This document shows, in pieces, positions 1-14,984 of a stretch of 64,000 nucleotides of DNA. The DNA lies in assembly GCF_009914755.1 (NCBI RefSeq), contig NC_060925.1; one strand, written 5' to 3'. Numbering within the stretch: the stretch's first letter is position 1; every line of letters begins with the position of its first letter. The position numbers and the translations under genes were made by a program. Under the pieces are notes generated by a model that saw only the letters and a list, made by a program, of their open reading frames with translations, did not search any database and had not been told where the DNA came from. Source of the DNA: the human T2T-CHM13v2.0 reference genome, Homo sapiens.

Positions 1-534
1 AGTCTTATTCCTGTGTATTTATTTACTTTTTCTTTGTGGAGAGGGTTTGATGTTATATGAGCGTGTTTGTGTTTACTCCTTTATATTACATTTAAATTAT
101 GAAATGGTAAAATTTTTTTTTACTATTAGTTTATTTTATATCTTCTGAATTTCACAAAAAATAAGATTATATTATACCAACAAATGTTCATACATACAGT
201 AGACATACCTAATTCTTTTTAATTATTATATAGTATTTCAGTATATTATAAAAATTTAATATCTTATTGGTATATATTTTGATTATTCCCAACGGTTTTT
301 TTTTTCAACAATGTTGTACTGAGCCTTGTATAAATACATCTTTTAGCAAAAAGGGTCAACAACTATTTATTGAGTGTCTACCAGGGTTTGTGGAGTACCC
401 AAGGATCCATAGACCAGAAAGTAAAGTATTTAGACAAGTTTCTAAAAAGGAAATGTATGGGTCAAACTGCATATTACTTGAAAGTTTCTAAAATATTGCC
501 ACATTATTCACAAATTAGTATCTAAGTTACCAGC

Positions 535-900
535 TAATATGGTTTGGCACTGTGTCCCCACCCAATATCATTTTGTAGCTCTCATAATTCCCATGTGTTG
601 TGGGAGGGACCCCAGGGGAGATGATTGAATTATGGGGGTGGGTCTTTCCTATGCTGTTCTCCTGATAGTGAATAGGTCTCAGGAGATCTGACTGTTTGAA
701 AAATGGGAGTTCCTCCATAATAAGCTCTCTTTTTGCCTGCTGCCATCCGTGTAAGATGTGACTTGCTCCTCTATGCCTTCTGCCATTATTGTGAGGCCTC
801 CCCAGCCATGTGGAACCGTAAGTCCAATAAATCTTTTTCGTTTATAAATTGCCTATTCTCAGGTATGTCTTTATCAACAGCGTGAAAACGGACTAATACA
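535..900 (+). mobile_element. THE1-type MaLR solo LTR (THE1B/C-like)
   Basis: Starts TAATATGGTTTGG (consensus TGATATGGTTTGG), ends GGACTAATACA, has an internal AATAAA; 5-bp TSD CCAGC/CCAAC. Confidence 0.9.
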
Positions 901-1169
901 CCAACAGTATAAAATATTGCTTGTTTCTTCACACCTTTCTCATAATGAATAGTATCCCTCTTTTTAATGTTACCAGTTTAAAAGGTAAAAATATGAAAAT
1001 AAATTATTGATTTAATTTATTTTTTTAGTGTGATTGAGCATCTCATATGCTAAACCATTATAAGTATATGTTTTTAAGTAAATTGCCTCTTTTCAACTGG
1101 AGCATTTGTATTTTCCTCATTGATTTATACAATTTCTTTATACATTAAAAATAGTAACTTTCTGTCATG

Positions 1170-1580
1170 TGAATTATACATTATGTTTTCCTAGTAGATA
1201 ACTTGGAATTCAATAGCAGAAGAGAGAATCAATACTAGATAAAGGAAGAAAAGCTGGGTGTGGGGTCCTATGTGGTTTATATAACCTGTGCCAGGGCTGA
1301 GGAACATAATGCAGTCTGATCTGTGAATGACTCCAAGAAGCATGCTACCAAACTCTGGACTGCCTTACATGCTCCTATTGTGTAATCTGAAACCCACTTG
1401 CTGGATTGGCAAGTAGCCACCCCACAGCTCAATCCAGAACCATACTGTCCCTGATACCACTCTGCATTAAACTGGGAGCTTGAGTTCTTCCTTCAGTTCA
1501 ATTGCAAAATGAAACCCAAATCACACCCATAGGACTAGTTGCAAGGGAGAAGCTAGGTAAATACACAGGTACTGGGTAGA
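1170..1580. mobile_element. Old MLT1-like MaLR LTR fragment
   Basis: Degenerate motifs such as GAAACCCAAATCACAC...GCAAGGGAGAAGCTAGG resemble old MLT1 LTRs; boundaries approximate. Confidence 0.4.
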
Positions 1581-2079
1581 CAAAGACATGTGAAGCAGGT
1601 TGTAATTAATACTGTATTATTCATTTGTTTAAATTTATTTTTAGTGCCACAGCCACAAAGGAATTTTAAATATTTAAACCACTAATGTTTTCCTAGTTGA
1701 AAACATTTTGTCCTGTTTTCAGAAAATAATCACACATTCCAAAACAATAGAAATATTTACTTTAGTATTGCTTTAAAAAATTTTTAAATATTTGAAATAT
1801 GCTTGAATTTTTCTAGGTTTACAAAAACAGTATACAGACCATAATGGACTCTATGTACTATCCTGTTGTTTCATTAATTCACTAATATTCTTATGGACTT
1901 GGTATAAAAATATTAATTAGCTTTATTGAGGTATAATTCACATAGGATCTACTTGATTTCATGGACAATGAAATATTTTTAGTAAATTTACAGAGTTGTG
2001 CAAGGAATACCACACTCCAATTTCATAACATTTTTATCACCCATTTGCAGTCACTCCCCATTAGATATATAAGACATTT

Positions 2080-2178
2080 AAGACTTCTGACCTCTAGAAC
2101 TGTAAGATAATAAATTTGTATTGTTTTAAGACACTAAATTTGTGGCAATTGGTTACAGTAGTAATAGGAGACAAATAC
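2080..2178 (+). mobile_element. MLT1 LTR 3' fragment
   Basis: GACTTCTGACCTCTAGAACTGTAAGATAATAAATTTGTATTGTTTTAAG...GGAGACAAATAC matches the MLT1 LTR terminus. Confidence 0.7.
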
Positions 2179-2415
2179 GTTAGATTATGCAATAAATTTA
2201 TGTGTGGCTTTATAAGAAATTGTCAACCTGTTTCTCCAAGTGGCTGCACTATTTTCTATATCCATCAACAATGAGTTAGGGCTCTTCTTCCTTCACATTC
2301 TTAATAATACTTTTTATATCCTGTCTTTTCTATTATAATCCTTCTACTGTGTTTTCAATGATATTGCACTATGGATTTTATATGCATTTTCATAATGACA
2401 AATTGACATTAGTCA

Positions 2416-2748
2416 TTTTTTTTTTATTTTTATGGGTACATAATAATTATACATATTTATGTGGTGCATGTGATATTTTGATAAAAGCAAACAATGTGTA
2501 ATGATCAAATCGGGTAATAGTATATACAGCACTGCAAACATTTATGATTTCTTTGTTTTGGGGATATTTTTAATCTACTTTCCTAGCTATTTTGAAATAT
2601 ACAATAAACTATTTGTTAACTATAGTCACCCTATTGTGCTACCAAACATTAGAACTACTTTCTTCTATCTAACTATGTTTTTGTACTTATTAATCAATCT
2701 CTCCCACCCAACTACCCTTCCCAGACTCTGGTAACCACCATTCTATTT
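2416..2748 (-). mobile_element. L1MA 3' end fragment
   Basis: T-tract followed by ATGGGTACATAATAATTATACATATTTATGTGGTGCATGTGATATTTTGATA, typical of an antisense L1MA 3' UTR. Confidence 0.75.
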
Positions 2749-3222
2749 ACATTTTGATATGCTTTTATTAGATATATGTGTACTTATTTGGTAAAATGTT
2801 TATGTAGTCTTTTGAGCGTTTATTTATTAAGTTGTAAGAGTCACATATTCTGGAAATATGATTTACAAATATTTTATTTCAGCCTGGGGTTTGTCTTTTC
2901 ATCTTCTTAGTGGTCTTTTTTGAAGCATGAACATTTTGAATTTTGATAAACAATTTATTACATTTTTGTTTACCTCTTTGGCTTTAAAAGTCATATCTAA
3001 GAAATCATTGCCTAATACAAAGTCACAAATATGTACTGTCATGTTTCCTTCTAACTTTTTAATTTTGCTTTTATATTTAAATCTATGATCCATTTTAGGT
3101 TAATTTTTCTATGTGGTGTGAGGTAAAAGTGTAAATTCATATTCTGACATATGGATTTCTGATGTCCTAATTATATTCCCTTGTACTCAAAAACTACCCT
3201 TTGTTAGTCCCTCTCTCTCTCA

Positions 3223-3421
3223 TTTTTTTTTTGGTTTAAATTTTTCTTATTTTTTAGAGACAGGGTCTCCTTCTGATGTCCAGGCTGGAGAGCAGTGGTA
3301 TAACCCTACTTAAGTACAACTTGGAATTACTGATCTCAATTTGCCAGGATTGACCAAATGATCCTTCACCTCAGCATCCTGAGGAGTAAGGACTACAGGT
3401 GCACATCACCACACCCAGCTC

Positions 3422-3466
<45 letters not shown>

Positions 3467-3590
3467 TTTTCTTGTAGAGATGGAGTCTTGCTATGTTTCC
3501 CAGGCTGGTTTCAAACTCCTGGCCTCAAGGAGTTCTCCCGCATTAGCCTCCCAAAGTGCTGGGATTACAGGCATTAACCACGGCACCTCC
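3223..3590 (-). mobile_element. AluJ-like element with expanded (TTTA)n middle linker
   Basis: GAGACAGGGTCTC...CAGGCTGGAG and CCTCCCAAAGTGCTGGGATTACAGGC; heavily diverged; (TTTA)n at about 3422-3470. Confidence 0.85.
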
Positions 3591-4564
3591 CTTTCTTCAC
3601 TATTATCTCTGTAGTTAAGTTTTGAAATTATGAAGGATATGTCCTCCAGCTTTATTCTTCTAGTCAATAATGTTTTGGCATTTTAGATGATTTCCATTTC
3701 CATATAAATTTTAGAATAGCTTGTCAATTTTTTCAAAAGATTTATTCAAAGGAGCCAGTTGGGAGTTTGATAGAGTTTGTATTGAATCTATAGATCAAGC
3801 TGGGAAGTATCATCTTAAAAATATTTGTCCCTATCCATAATCATGGAATATCTTTCCATCCACTTAAATCATTTAGAATTTCTCCGGACAATATTCATTT
3901 TCAAAGCATGAATTTTGACTTTTTTCTTAAATGTGTTCCTACCTATTTTATTGGTATATGTAGAACTACAACTAATATTGTTTAATTATCTTATATCCTA
4001 TGACTTCGCTGAATTTGTTTACTAGTTCTAGTAGTTTGTGTATTTCTTTGATTTATACAGCATTATGTCATGTGTGAATATTACAGTTTTATTCTTTTTA
4101 TTCTTTATTTTCAGTTTGATGCTTTTATTTCTATGTCTTCTCTGATTGCACTAACTAGAATCCTCAATGCAGTGCTGAATAGATGTTATGAGACACATGC
4201 TTATATTCTTCCCAATTAAGGGGAAAACATACAGTCTCTCAACAGTAAGCAGAAAGCTAATTTTGGGGGTTTTCATAGATACCCTTTATTAGGTTGAAGA
4301 AGTTCTATTTTATTTGGAGTTTTTAAGCTTGTTTTTTTAAAGCAAATAAAACTGGATGGTGGATATCATGAAGCAATTTTCTGCATCTGTCAAAAAGATC
4401 TTATGGCTCTTGTCCTTTAATTTATTAATATGATGTTTCACATTAACCAATTTTAAGCTATTAATTCCATGTTGCATTTCTATGATACTCCTGCTTGGTC
4501 ATGCTTTATCATTCTTTTTGGTTTTGCTAGATTTTGTTTATATTTTGTTGAGAATTTTTGTTTT

Positions 4565-5266
4565 CTAAAATAATTATTTTATTTTAGGTTCGGTGGTACA
4601 TGAGGTTTGTTACACACGTCAACTCATGTCAAGGAGGTTTATTGTACAGATTATTTCATCACTCAGGATTAAGTCCTGTACCCGATAGTTATCTGTTTTG
4701 CTCCTCTCCCTCCGCCCAACCTCAGCCATCAAAAAGACGCCAGTGTCTGTTGTTTCCTTCTTTGTGTTCATAATTTCTCATAATTTAGCTCCCACTTGTA
4801 AGAACATGTGGTATTTGGTTTTCTGTTCCTCCTTTAGTTTGCTAAGGATGATAGCCTCCAGGTCCATCCATGTTCCTGAAAAAGACACAATCTTGTTCTT
4901 TTTTGTGGATGCATAGTATTCTATGGTATATATGTGTCACATTTTTTTTTTTTTTTACTCAATCTTTCATTGATGGGCATTTAAGTTGATTCCATGTCTT
5001 TGCTATTGTGAATAATGCTGCAGTGAACATTTGCATGCCTGTGTCTTTACGGTAGAATAATTTGTATTCCTGTGGGTACATACCCAGTAATGGGATTGCT
5101 GGGTCAAATGGTAGTTCTGCTTTTAGCTCCTTGAGGAAATGCCACACAGCTTTCCACAATGGTTGAATTCATTACTCTCCCACCAACCATTTTATAAATG
5201 TTCCCTTTTCTCTGCAACCTTGCCAGCAACTGTTAATGTTTTGACTTTTTAATAATAGCCATTCTG
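4565..5266 (-). mobile_element. L1PA13-16-like 3' end, 5'-truncated
   Basis: Antisense 3' UTR (TTGTACAGATTATTTCATCAC) plus the ORF2 C-terminal peptide MWKAVWHFLKELKAELPFDPAIPLLG in ORF 4959..5159. Confidence 0.85.
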
Positions 5267-5559
5267 CATTTGTATTCATTGGGAATATTGATACATAATT
5301 TACCTCAGGGATGTGTTTGTATGGTTTCGGTATCAAGGTAATATTGACCTCAAATAACACATTGGAAAATGTTCATTCCTCCTCAGTTTTCTGCAAAAAA
5401 AAAAAAAGAGAGAGAGAGAAAGACTAATAATATTTCTGCTTTCAGTTTCTGTTAAAATTAACCTACAGACCCTGTATTTTGCCAATAGAAAATTCTCAAT
5501 TACTGATTTTTAATTACTAATTTAAATTCTTTACTATTTTAGTTATATTGAGCTTTTCA

Positions 5560-7270
5560 AATTTCTTTGGACCTGATTTAAAGTTTGTTAACCTTTCCTC
5601 TTTTATACTCAATCTGCTGTTAAGCCTATGAAATATATTTTTGATTGCATATGTAGTACTTTTCAGGTGTTTTTTCTGATGGTTATGAATTTGTCAATTT
5701 CATTTTTTTATATGTATTTTATCTTTTTTAAGGGTATTTTAGTTATTTACAGAAATCAGTTTGGAAGTTGTTGTTTCTTCCACACTTTAAAGATGTTGCT
5801 CCATTATTTTCCAGCTCTCACAGTCTGCATTGAAAAGTTATCCACAATCTAATTTATTTTTGAAGGAGCAATGTCATACATCCTCTGACTACTATTAAGA
5901 CTTTTTTCTCTTTCTCTATGAGATCTTTGCATTTTGACTATGATGGGCCTTGGTGTGATTTTTTTTTATCTTGGTATGGAGTTCATTAAGGTTCTTCATT
6001 GTGTAAGCGGTCTTAATTACCTGTAGAAAATTTTCAGCTTTGTGTATTCTGATTATTTTTCTGCAATCTCCTTTTCATTTCCTTCCACCATTTTCAATTA
6101 CATGTACTTATTCCTTTGACCATGTTTCTCATTATGTTGTTACTTTTTCTCCCATAGGTTTTCCTCTTGTTGCTTTAGTTGTGTTTTCCTTCACCCTGAA
6201 TTTGGATTCACTGGTTTTTCCACTGTTAAGTCTGCTGTTAGATCTGTCTAATAAATTCCTAATTTCAGATATCGTGTAGATCTGGAATATAAACACAATT
6301 TTTATAAATTCCAGTTTCTATTGACATTTTCCATCTCTTCATCTAGTTTGTCATTTTTTTAAAGTTCTCAAACATAGTAATCATAATTATTAAGTTCATA
6401 TCTGATATCTTCAATAAATGAATGAATCATTGGTAGTCTCTTTGTTTTATCTTTTTCTTGGTGGAGTTCGGGAGCTTATTTAATAGATACTATTTTTAGC
6501 ATGTCTTAAATTTTGTTTAGTAAATTCTGCTATTATGTTCCTGCAAACAGGGTTAACTTCTCTGTTGGCAGGCAGACAGAACACTGATGGGTTTTCTTAG
6601 TAAGTCCTGGTTTTAGGGTTTCTTAGAGTTATTCTTGAGTTCTGTTACCCCAGTGACATACTTATTGTTCTTAGGGTATAGCCCTTACTTCTTGAATGTA
6701 TGCTTCTTTTGGTTTCTTGACTAAAAAATGTAATGTGTTTTCCTTCATCTTATAGTGATTTGAATTCAGCCTCTCTGCCCTTGTGTCAGGGGGCTACTCT
6801 CATCCCCACTCAACTTTTTAGTCTCCTTCCAGCCAAGATTTATTGAATTTCATAGAGCTCATTCCTATGAATACACAGTTTAGAAGCTGGGCAATGACAT
6901 AGTGGGAAGCTGTACTCAAAATATCAGACTTCTTTTTTCGTGTGTATGTATTTTTATTCCCTTTCCAAGATCCTCAGGACTCCACAAGTTTAGTTATCCC
7001 AGACTTCGATTTTCAGGTCTCCAGTTGTATAAGAATGCTAGTTAATCTGCTGCACTGCAAGTTAAAAAATGGCTCTAAGGAAAAAGCAGAGGTGACTAAA
7101 TCTCACCATGTAAGTTCCCTTTCTCTCAGTTTCTAACTCCTCAAGCCTGTCTGCACTGGATGATCTCTATGACCTTCAAAACGTTTTCATACATATTTTT
7201 TATCAAGGGTTATGGTTTTAGTTGGCAAGATTAGTGCTATCTACTCTGTTATGGCTGGAACTGGAATTCT
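5560..7270 (-). mobile_element. Very old L1M ORF1/5' region remnant
   Basis: Antisense ORF1-like motifs (CACACTTTAAAGATGTTGCTCCATT, TTTTGACTATGATG); highly degenerate. Confidence 0.5.
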
Positions 7271-7715
7271 ATTTTCTATAGTATTATCTTTTTATTTATT
7301 GCATATCTGTGGCCATATATCATTTCCCATTCCGAATGGTAGATATTTTGGATATTGCATATTTTATGTTTCTAACAATAGCCTTTATTGAAATTTGTCC
7401 ATATTATCATTCTTGTCAAAAACCCTGCTCTCAGTCCCATTTATATAAATGGTTTTTTTATTTCATTATTGTATAGATTTATATTAATTGGTGCCTAAAT
7501 CAATTTTATCTAGTTATAAGTTTCTTTTTCTAGACTATTTTTGTTTATATTTTTATTTTAAAACAGTATTTGTAAATACAAATGTAATGTTTTGATGTTT
7601 ATGTAATTTTACTTGCCTTTTAAAAGTTTAATGTTTAATATTGTTACTGTCATACTTTTAAACATAATATATAATTAAAAAATATATTTGTCTAAAGCAT
7701 TATAAAAAGAATTTT

Positions 7716-8960
<1,245 letters not shown>

Positions 8961-9754
8961 GAGTTTTTAAATAATTTCTTATTATCAGATTATTTCTATT
9001 TTTTTGCATTTATTTTCTCCATATCACTCATTATAGTAAAAAAAAAAAAAACAGGCTTAACAGTGAGTAATTTTGTAAATTATTCCCAGCACTTGATCAA
9101 TCCTGGACAATGTTCAATAGATAATAAATTGTGGTCCAAATCTACAATGTCATTTATTTTATCTAATGATTCTGTCAAATTCTTAGAAAGGCACCTTGCA
9201 TTAACTTCGATTTGCAAGCATGATGCATATTTAGTAATTTTTATTATATATTTCAGTACAATTTTTTTATTCTATGAATTCATATATTCATAGTGACTTT
9301 TAACATTTTAAAAGTAAGAATAGGTGAGATCTCATTGAGTGTTCTTGCTAGGTACTATATGATTTTTTCTTGTATTACTTCATCCAAGTTGCATTATATC
9401 TAGAAGAGCTTCTTTGGACTCTGTGGGATCTTTGTCTAATTACAAAGAAGATAAAGTTTTATTTATTTTGGGCTCCTTTGTTTGCATTTTGAAGAACTTC
9501 AGGGAAGAGAAATGTAAAACTATAAATTTTTGTACCAATCATGTGTGAAGTTTTAGTTGTGTTCATATTGACATGCCACATTGTCCTTGTTACATGGTAG
9601 GCTTTCAATGTATATTTAGATTGACTAACTTTACTAGTTTATTGTTATCTTGTGTTACTGTTTTCTAAAACATATTTATATGCTTTAGAGGTCATAAATT
9701 ATTTTTCTGGAATAGTTTTGGAATGTAATTTTAAAATAGGCATGAAAACAATAA

Positions 9755-9985
9755 TACTATTATGTCTCTATGCTAGGCACTGTGCTAAATATTTGACTTA
9801 ATAATTCACATTTCATTCTTATAGTGGCCTTGAAATTATTTTTATCATATTTATTTTTATTTTACCAACAGAAAACTGAAAATCAGAGAGGATATTATCT
9901 TAATTAATTTCTACAACTTTCAGGTGGTGAATTCAAATTAAGTTTGCCTGTCTCAAGAGCCCATACTCTTAGTCATTATGTTATC
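9755..9985 (-). mobile_element. MIR
   Basis: CTATGCTAGGCACTGTGCTAAA...GAAAACTGAAAATCAGAGAGG core. Confidence 0.7.
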
Positions 9986-10139
9986 TAACTGGTTATAATT
10001 CATGATTTTAGCCATTCCAGTTCCATCATCTATAATTTGAAAATCTGTTTACAAGATAGTTGTGAACTAGAGAGTAGTGTTTTATGTAAACTTCTTGATT
10101 TAGAGAATCAAGAGTGGCTGAAACTATTTATATGTGACT

Positions 10140-10320
10140 TCATTCTTTCATTCATCCATTCAACCAATAATTTTTTCTTATGTCTCTTGCTCTGAAAGGC
10201 AATAGTCTGGGTGCTTGAAATAATATACAAAGATGTTATAATCAGAATTTTCTTTTAGAATCTTATAGTTTATTACAGGAACTCCTGTATAGCATAATTC
10301 AACTGTAAAATATAATATGA
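10140..10320. mobile_element. L2 3' fragment
   Basis: TTCATTCTTTCATTCATCCATTCAACCAATAA tail-type motif. Confidence 0.5.
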
Positions 10321-10692
10321 AGTTGTTAGTTTATGGAAGAGAGGGACACTTTTAATTTTAATTACCCACAAACTTTTCTATATATGCAGTTTAAGTTTCA
10401 CTCATATTTTGCTTTATAACTGTTTTCTAGATTGCTGGCAATCTATGACTGTCAATTTAGCAGTTCCCCATCATAATTTATATTTTTGCTACCATTGTGT
10501 CTTCACTATTTAACCAGTTAATATTGTCCACTGTTTTCTCATTTTTACATACATTAGAGCAGTACAGGCTTTTAAAAATTTTATTTCATTTCAAAATATA
10601 TTTATAATTTTTATTTTTTATAATTAGACTTTTTATTTACAATAGTTTACTATTGGATTTTATAGGTTTCTGTCTTCAAAGCAGTCAGATAT

Positions 10693-10724
<32 letters not shown>

Positions 10725-10733
10725 ATATATATA
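10693..10733. repeat. (AC)n/(AT)n microsatellite
   Basis: Directly visible dinucleotide run. Confidence 0.95.
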
Positions 10734-10971
10734 TGTTTTGTTTTTCAACTCACTGATCTTAATCTACTTGCAAAATCTGGAGGATTCACATTGCTGAGGT
10801 TTGCCACCTGGGCAAGGAGAAAATAGTCTTCTGGGCAAATCATAATACCCACATTTTATTTCTTTTCTTGAGCTTTAGAGAGCACCTCCTTTATGTCATT
10901 ATATTCTTCTTTAAATACCCGTAATAACCATACTGTCTTCACTTTTGTCAAATTTTGGGAAGCATCTTGTG

Positions 10972-12180
10972 CTAACTCTTGAGGTGGCAAAAATAACTGA
11001 TTAGGTCAAGCTACAAGAGATACATATTAAATACAAATTAATATGCCTTCAAATTTATCATCCCCAAAGTATACATATTTGATTTTAAGAATATTATATT
11101 TTCATAGCCAAATTCAATGTACAAGGAGAAAAGCACATGATAAAACAGCATATGAGAGATGAATGCCAATTACCACCCAAAGGATCAAACACAAATTTTC
11201 AGAAAGAGTATAATATACAATCAGGAAACTAGAACCAAATTGTGTTTTCATTGTAGAGAAACAATTTAAATCTTGCTACATTTACACATGTTTATGGAAA
11301 AACACGTAGCTGAATGACTGTCAGTACAGATGGATTTGTCTATAAATGGGTAAATTTTGGAAGGATTTTAATGATCCACTCTTCTTTCTTTTTAATGAGC
11401 TACATCAACGTGTTTACCTCAACAATGTAATGAATTCAGAGAATCTTGAACTTGAATCCTTATTTTGGTCTCTTGTGCTTATGTGTAAAATTATATCCTT
11501 TATATATCTACAGGAAAGGGATACATTTTCCTACCATTTTTTTCATGAGTATATTAGAGTAAATAAAAACACGATGAATATTGCGAAAATAAATTATTAA
11601 CTTTATGTCTATTATGTTGGTCATAACACTTCAGGATATTAAAATATAAAATATCAAGACCACAGTGGTTTAGTGTAAGGGACTTTCTTCACATATGTTA
11701 AATATTTATAAAATTTTGAAATTAAAAATCTACAATTGTACATGAAGAGTCATTAAAAAAAAACCAAGTCATCCTATTGATTAGTTACATAAACTGTATG
11801 AAGATTTGGAGCATGGAGATCTGGAATGCACAGGTCAATTTATACAAAAACTCCAGATATTTTACATTTTAACAGCTTGAATTTCTGATCCACAATGATA
11901 GTGCCTACATTACTAAATAACAGTATTTACTAATTTAATACCTTTTTTGAAGTGCTCAGGGACAAACCTAATGGGCTGTATAAACACAGTTTATCAGTGA
12001 AACCTGAAAAACTGGATGAAAAGAAGGTTTAGGATTATAAAACTCATTTGTTATTTTTTTGTGTCTCAGATCCATGATTTTAGGTGTTTTTAAATGTCCA
12101 CTAACACTTGAGGTGGCAAAAATAACTGAATAGGTCAAGCTACAAGAGATACATAATAAATACAAATTAATATGCCTTCA
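10972..12180 (+). repeat. Pair of 80-bp direct repeats (10972-11051 and 12101-12180)
   Basis: CTAAC(T/A)CTTGAGGTGGCAAAAATAACTGA(T/A)TAGGTCAAGCTACAAGAGATACATA(T/A)TAAATACAAATTAATATGCCTTCA; 3 mismatches. Confidence 0.95.
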
Positions 12181-13654
12181 GATTTCCTGTCAGAGAGTGG
12201 GTAAAGACTAAGCTTACTTCCAGAGCCGGTGGGCATGGAAGTATCCCTGTTTGACCCACATCTGTATCATAGTTAGATACTATCACATGCATCTTCAAGG
12301 AGTGTGAAACAAATTATTTTTATCTTCATCCAAAGATAGAGGAAATGAGTAGGAAATTTTCAACTTTCTCTCAGTTTCTGACACTTATACAGTGGCCTGA
12401 AAACTGAAAATATATCTCAAATTACAGTTCCATGATAGAGACATAAGAAAGTGAAGTAACTCATCAAAGCATGCAAAGTTCCTAGTTCAGTTCTCTGGAA
12501 AGGAGAGAGTGGCAAGTAGACAGATTTTCTGTCACTCTGATCTAATGGTAACTAACAGTCATGGAAAATGTGTTAGGTATCAGTTCAAAAGGCTTTTTAG
12601 ATAACAGCTTAAGCCTCAACTTATAGCCAGTATCTGAGCAGTCATAAATATACACCTCTAATTTCTGTATATTTTCCTCTTGTACATAGGTAGACTTATT
12701 TTTCCCTTTTTTTCTCATTCATCAAATATGCCTTCATTGCCCAAACCATCATTTTTATCACTGGACTCTCATGGCATACTATCTGCAGGTCAACAAGCCA
12801 TAAACTGAGCAAATCTATCTGTTAAAAAAATCATGCAATGACTCAAATTGATGATCCAATTTAATTTGTCAAGCATCCTCATTGATCTCATCTGACTGTG
12901 AATCAATTTGCTGCCAAATACGTATGTGTGTGTTTCACTTTCACTACAAGTTAAAGTTTCATTTGTTCAAAGAGATTTTGTGTTCAATAAACCATCCTAC
13001 TTGACTTGAAGGGACTCTTCCTGAGATACTGGTAAGTAAATAGAAGTTTTGGAAATTTGTTTACGATCTTACTTGAAATAAAGGGAAAGTTTTAAGTTGT
13101 CATTTGGATTGAGGATTAGGAGAAATAGTATTAATATTATGGTGAAGATTATTTCTAGCATATTTAATTACAATATGTGGCTAAAGTAACACAAATAGGC
13201 AATGACAACAGATTACATACTTATTGGTACAAAAGAGAAATATTCAATTATTAGAATTTTTTGTTAAAATATTAACAGTATGATCAGTGACTAATCTTTA
13301 ACATCATAAGTTCAGGCTTTTATTAAATTTTGGAACTAATTTTATAACGTTAACATTAATTCTACAGAACTCGCCAATACAGCAGGGACTCAGTTTTTAT
13401 AACTGCATTGCATTTTTATCTACCTCCAAATTTTATCGATTCCATCCAGGAATAATTTGCCTTTCTGTTGACCACCGCAGACATGTTTTGTTTGCACCCT
13501 GCAATTTGAAAAAAAAAGAAAAAGAAAAAGAAAAAGAAAACCTAAATATTCAGTTTACCTCATGATATTCAGTTTACCTCATCATCCTACACGTGTACGT
13601 CTTGTCCCTTCAAATCATCTGGTCCCAATAAACATGAATCATGCCAACAAATAA

Positions 13655-14095
13655 CATATTACTTTTCTCTTAAAGCTGGAACATATTACCACTGACTTGG
13701 TAGCTTAGAAAACACACATTTATTTTCTTATAATAACAGAGTCCTGAAGTCACACTGGGCTAAGGTCAAGGTGTCAGCAGAACTGTGTTTTATTCTGGAA
13801 ATGATAAGAGATAATCGATTTTCCCAGCTTCTAGAGGATGCTTGCATTCCTTTGCTCCTGGCCTCATTTCAGTAGTTACATCATTCTGACCTTTGCCTCC
13901 ACTGTCACACCCCCTTGTCTGACTCTTACTCTCCTGCTTCCTATAAGGACTCCTGCAATTATTTTGAGCTCACCCAGATTATCGAGAGTAATCACAAGAG
14001 CCTTAAATTAGCTACATCTGCAAACTCCCTGTTGTCATGTAAGGTAAATTATTCACAGGCTCCACAGGGTTTGGGAGCCATTATCTGCCTAACCA
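13655..14095 (-). mobile_element. MLT1 (MLT1C-like) LTR
   Basis: GGTAGCTTAGAAAACACACATTTATT, GGTCAAGGTGTCAGCAG, CAGCTTCTAGAGG and ACATCTGCAAACTCCCT motifs. Confidence 0.8.
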
Positions 14096-14984
14096 AAAGA
14101 GGCATGTAGGAAGGGTTCCAGATATTTTTTTAAAGAGTTGAATAAAAGATTTTTAGTTTTATGCATATATATAAATTTCCTGTTTTATAAATTGGTTGTA
14201 TAATGTAAATTTGAAATTTGGGTTTTTCCTGGCTCATTTTCTCATTTCTTTATATTGCTATGCACTTATTTGTTGTTTTTTGTTTTTGTTAATCTTCCCT
14301 AGAACCTGGCATTTATTTATTTGTTTGCGGAAAGAAGCGACAAAGTTAGTCAAAACTTTTTAAGATTAGAAGAATAGAATAAATTATCCACAAACATTTT
14401 GGACATTATTATTTTACTTGATTTGCACAATTAGTCTTTGGAAAATGTGGATGAGAAATGGGAAGCACATGTAGTTTTTTATACATTTTTTATTAAGAAA
14501 GTACTCTGAGTTCCAGTACTTGGATGGTGACCTTATTTTTCTTTTGTTTGGGAAGATATGGCTATGTATTAAATGGTCATTTTCCCCTACACTGAAAACC
14601 ATAAAATCCTGTGAAAGTTCTATATTGTCCACAGTGCCATTTTAGTGGAGGTTCTTCTAAAGGTTTATAGTAACAAACCGAAGAAAGGTATTTAACCCAG
14701 TGACTGTTTCATCCTTTATATAGATGAGAAAGTTAACTAAGTCCTCATCTGCTTCCTTAATGGATACAATATTTGCATTTCAATGTGTTTTTATCATATT
14801 CAGTCCTAATAAACTATGAGAGTTATGAATGATTATAGGAGATACAAGTTACTTTCTCTTTGGAAAATATACAATCCTTTTTATTTTATCCTCCATTTAT
14901 ATAACTTTTATACATGTCATATCTTTGCATGCAAAAATGGAGAGAAATAAGCAAGTTGATATTTATTTTTGTGACTATTGTTAT

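Larger units (their letters stand above)
1915..5390 (-). mobile_element. Old L1M (L1MB/MC-like) 3' UTR and ORF2 remnant hosting younger insertions
   Basis: Begins with the antisense L1M 3' end CTTTATTGAGGTATAATTCACATA and continues with T-rich antisense ORF2 motifs (GCTTGTCAATTT, GTATTGAATCTATAGATCAAG). Confidence 0.75.

Noticed and set aside
10972-12180. CRISPR-like array or LTR pair
   Set aside because: Only two copies, eukaryotic context, no TG...CA LTR termini or retroviral internal sequence.
13021-13037. Strong splice-donor-like CTG/GTAAGT
   Set aside because: No convincing paired acceptor or reading frame; such motifs occur by chance in 64 kb.
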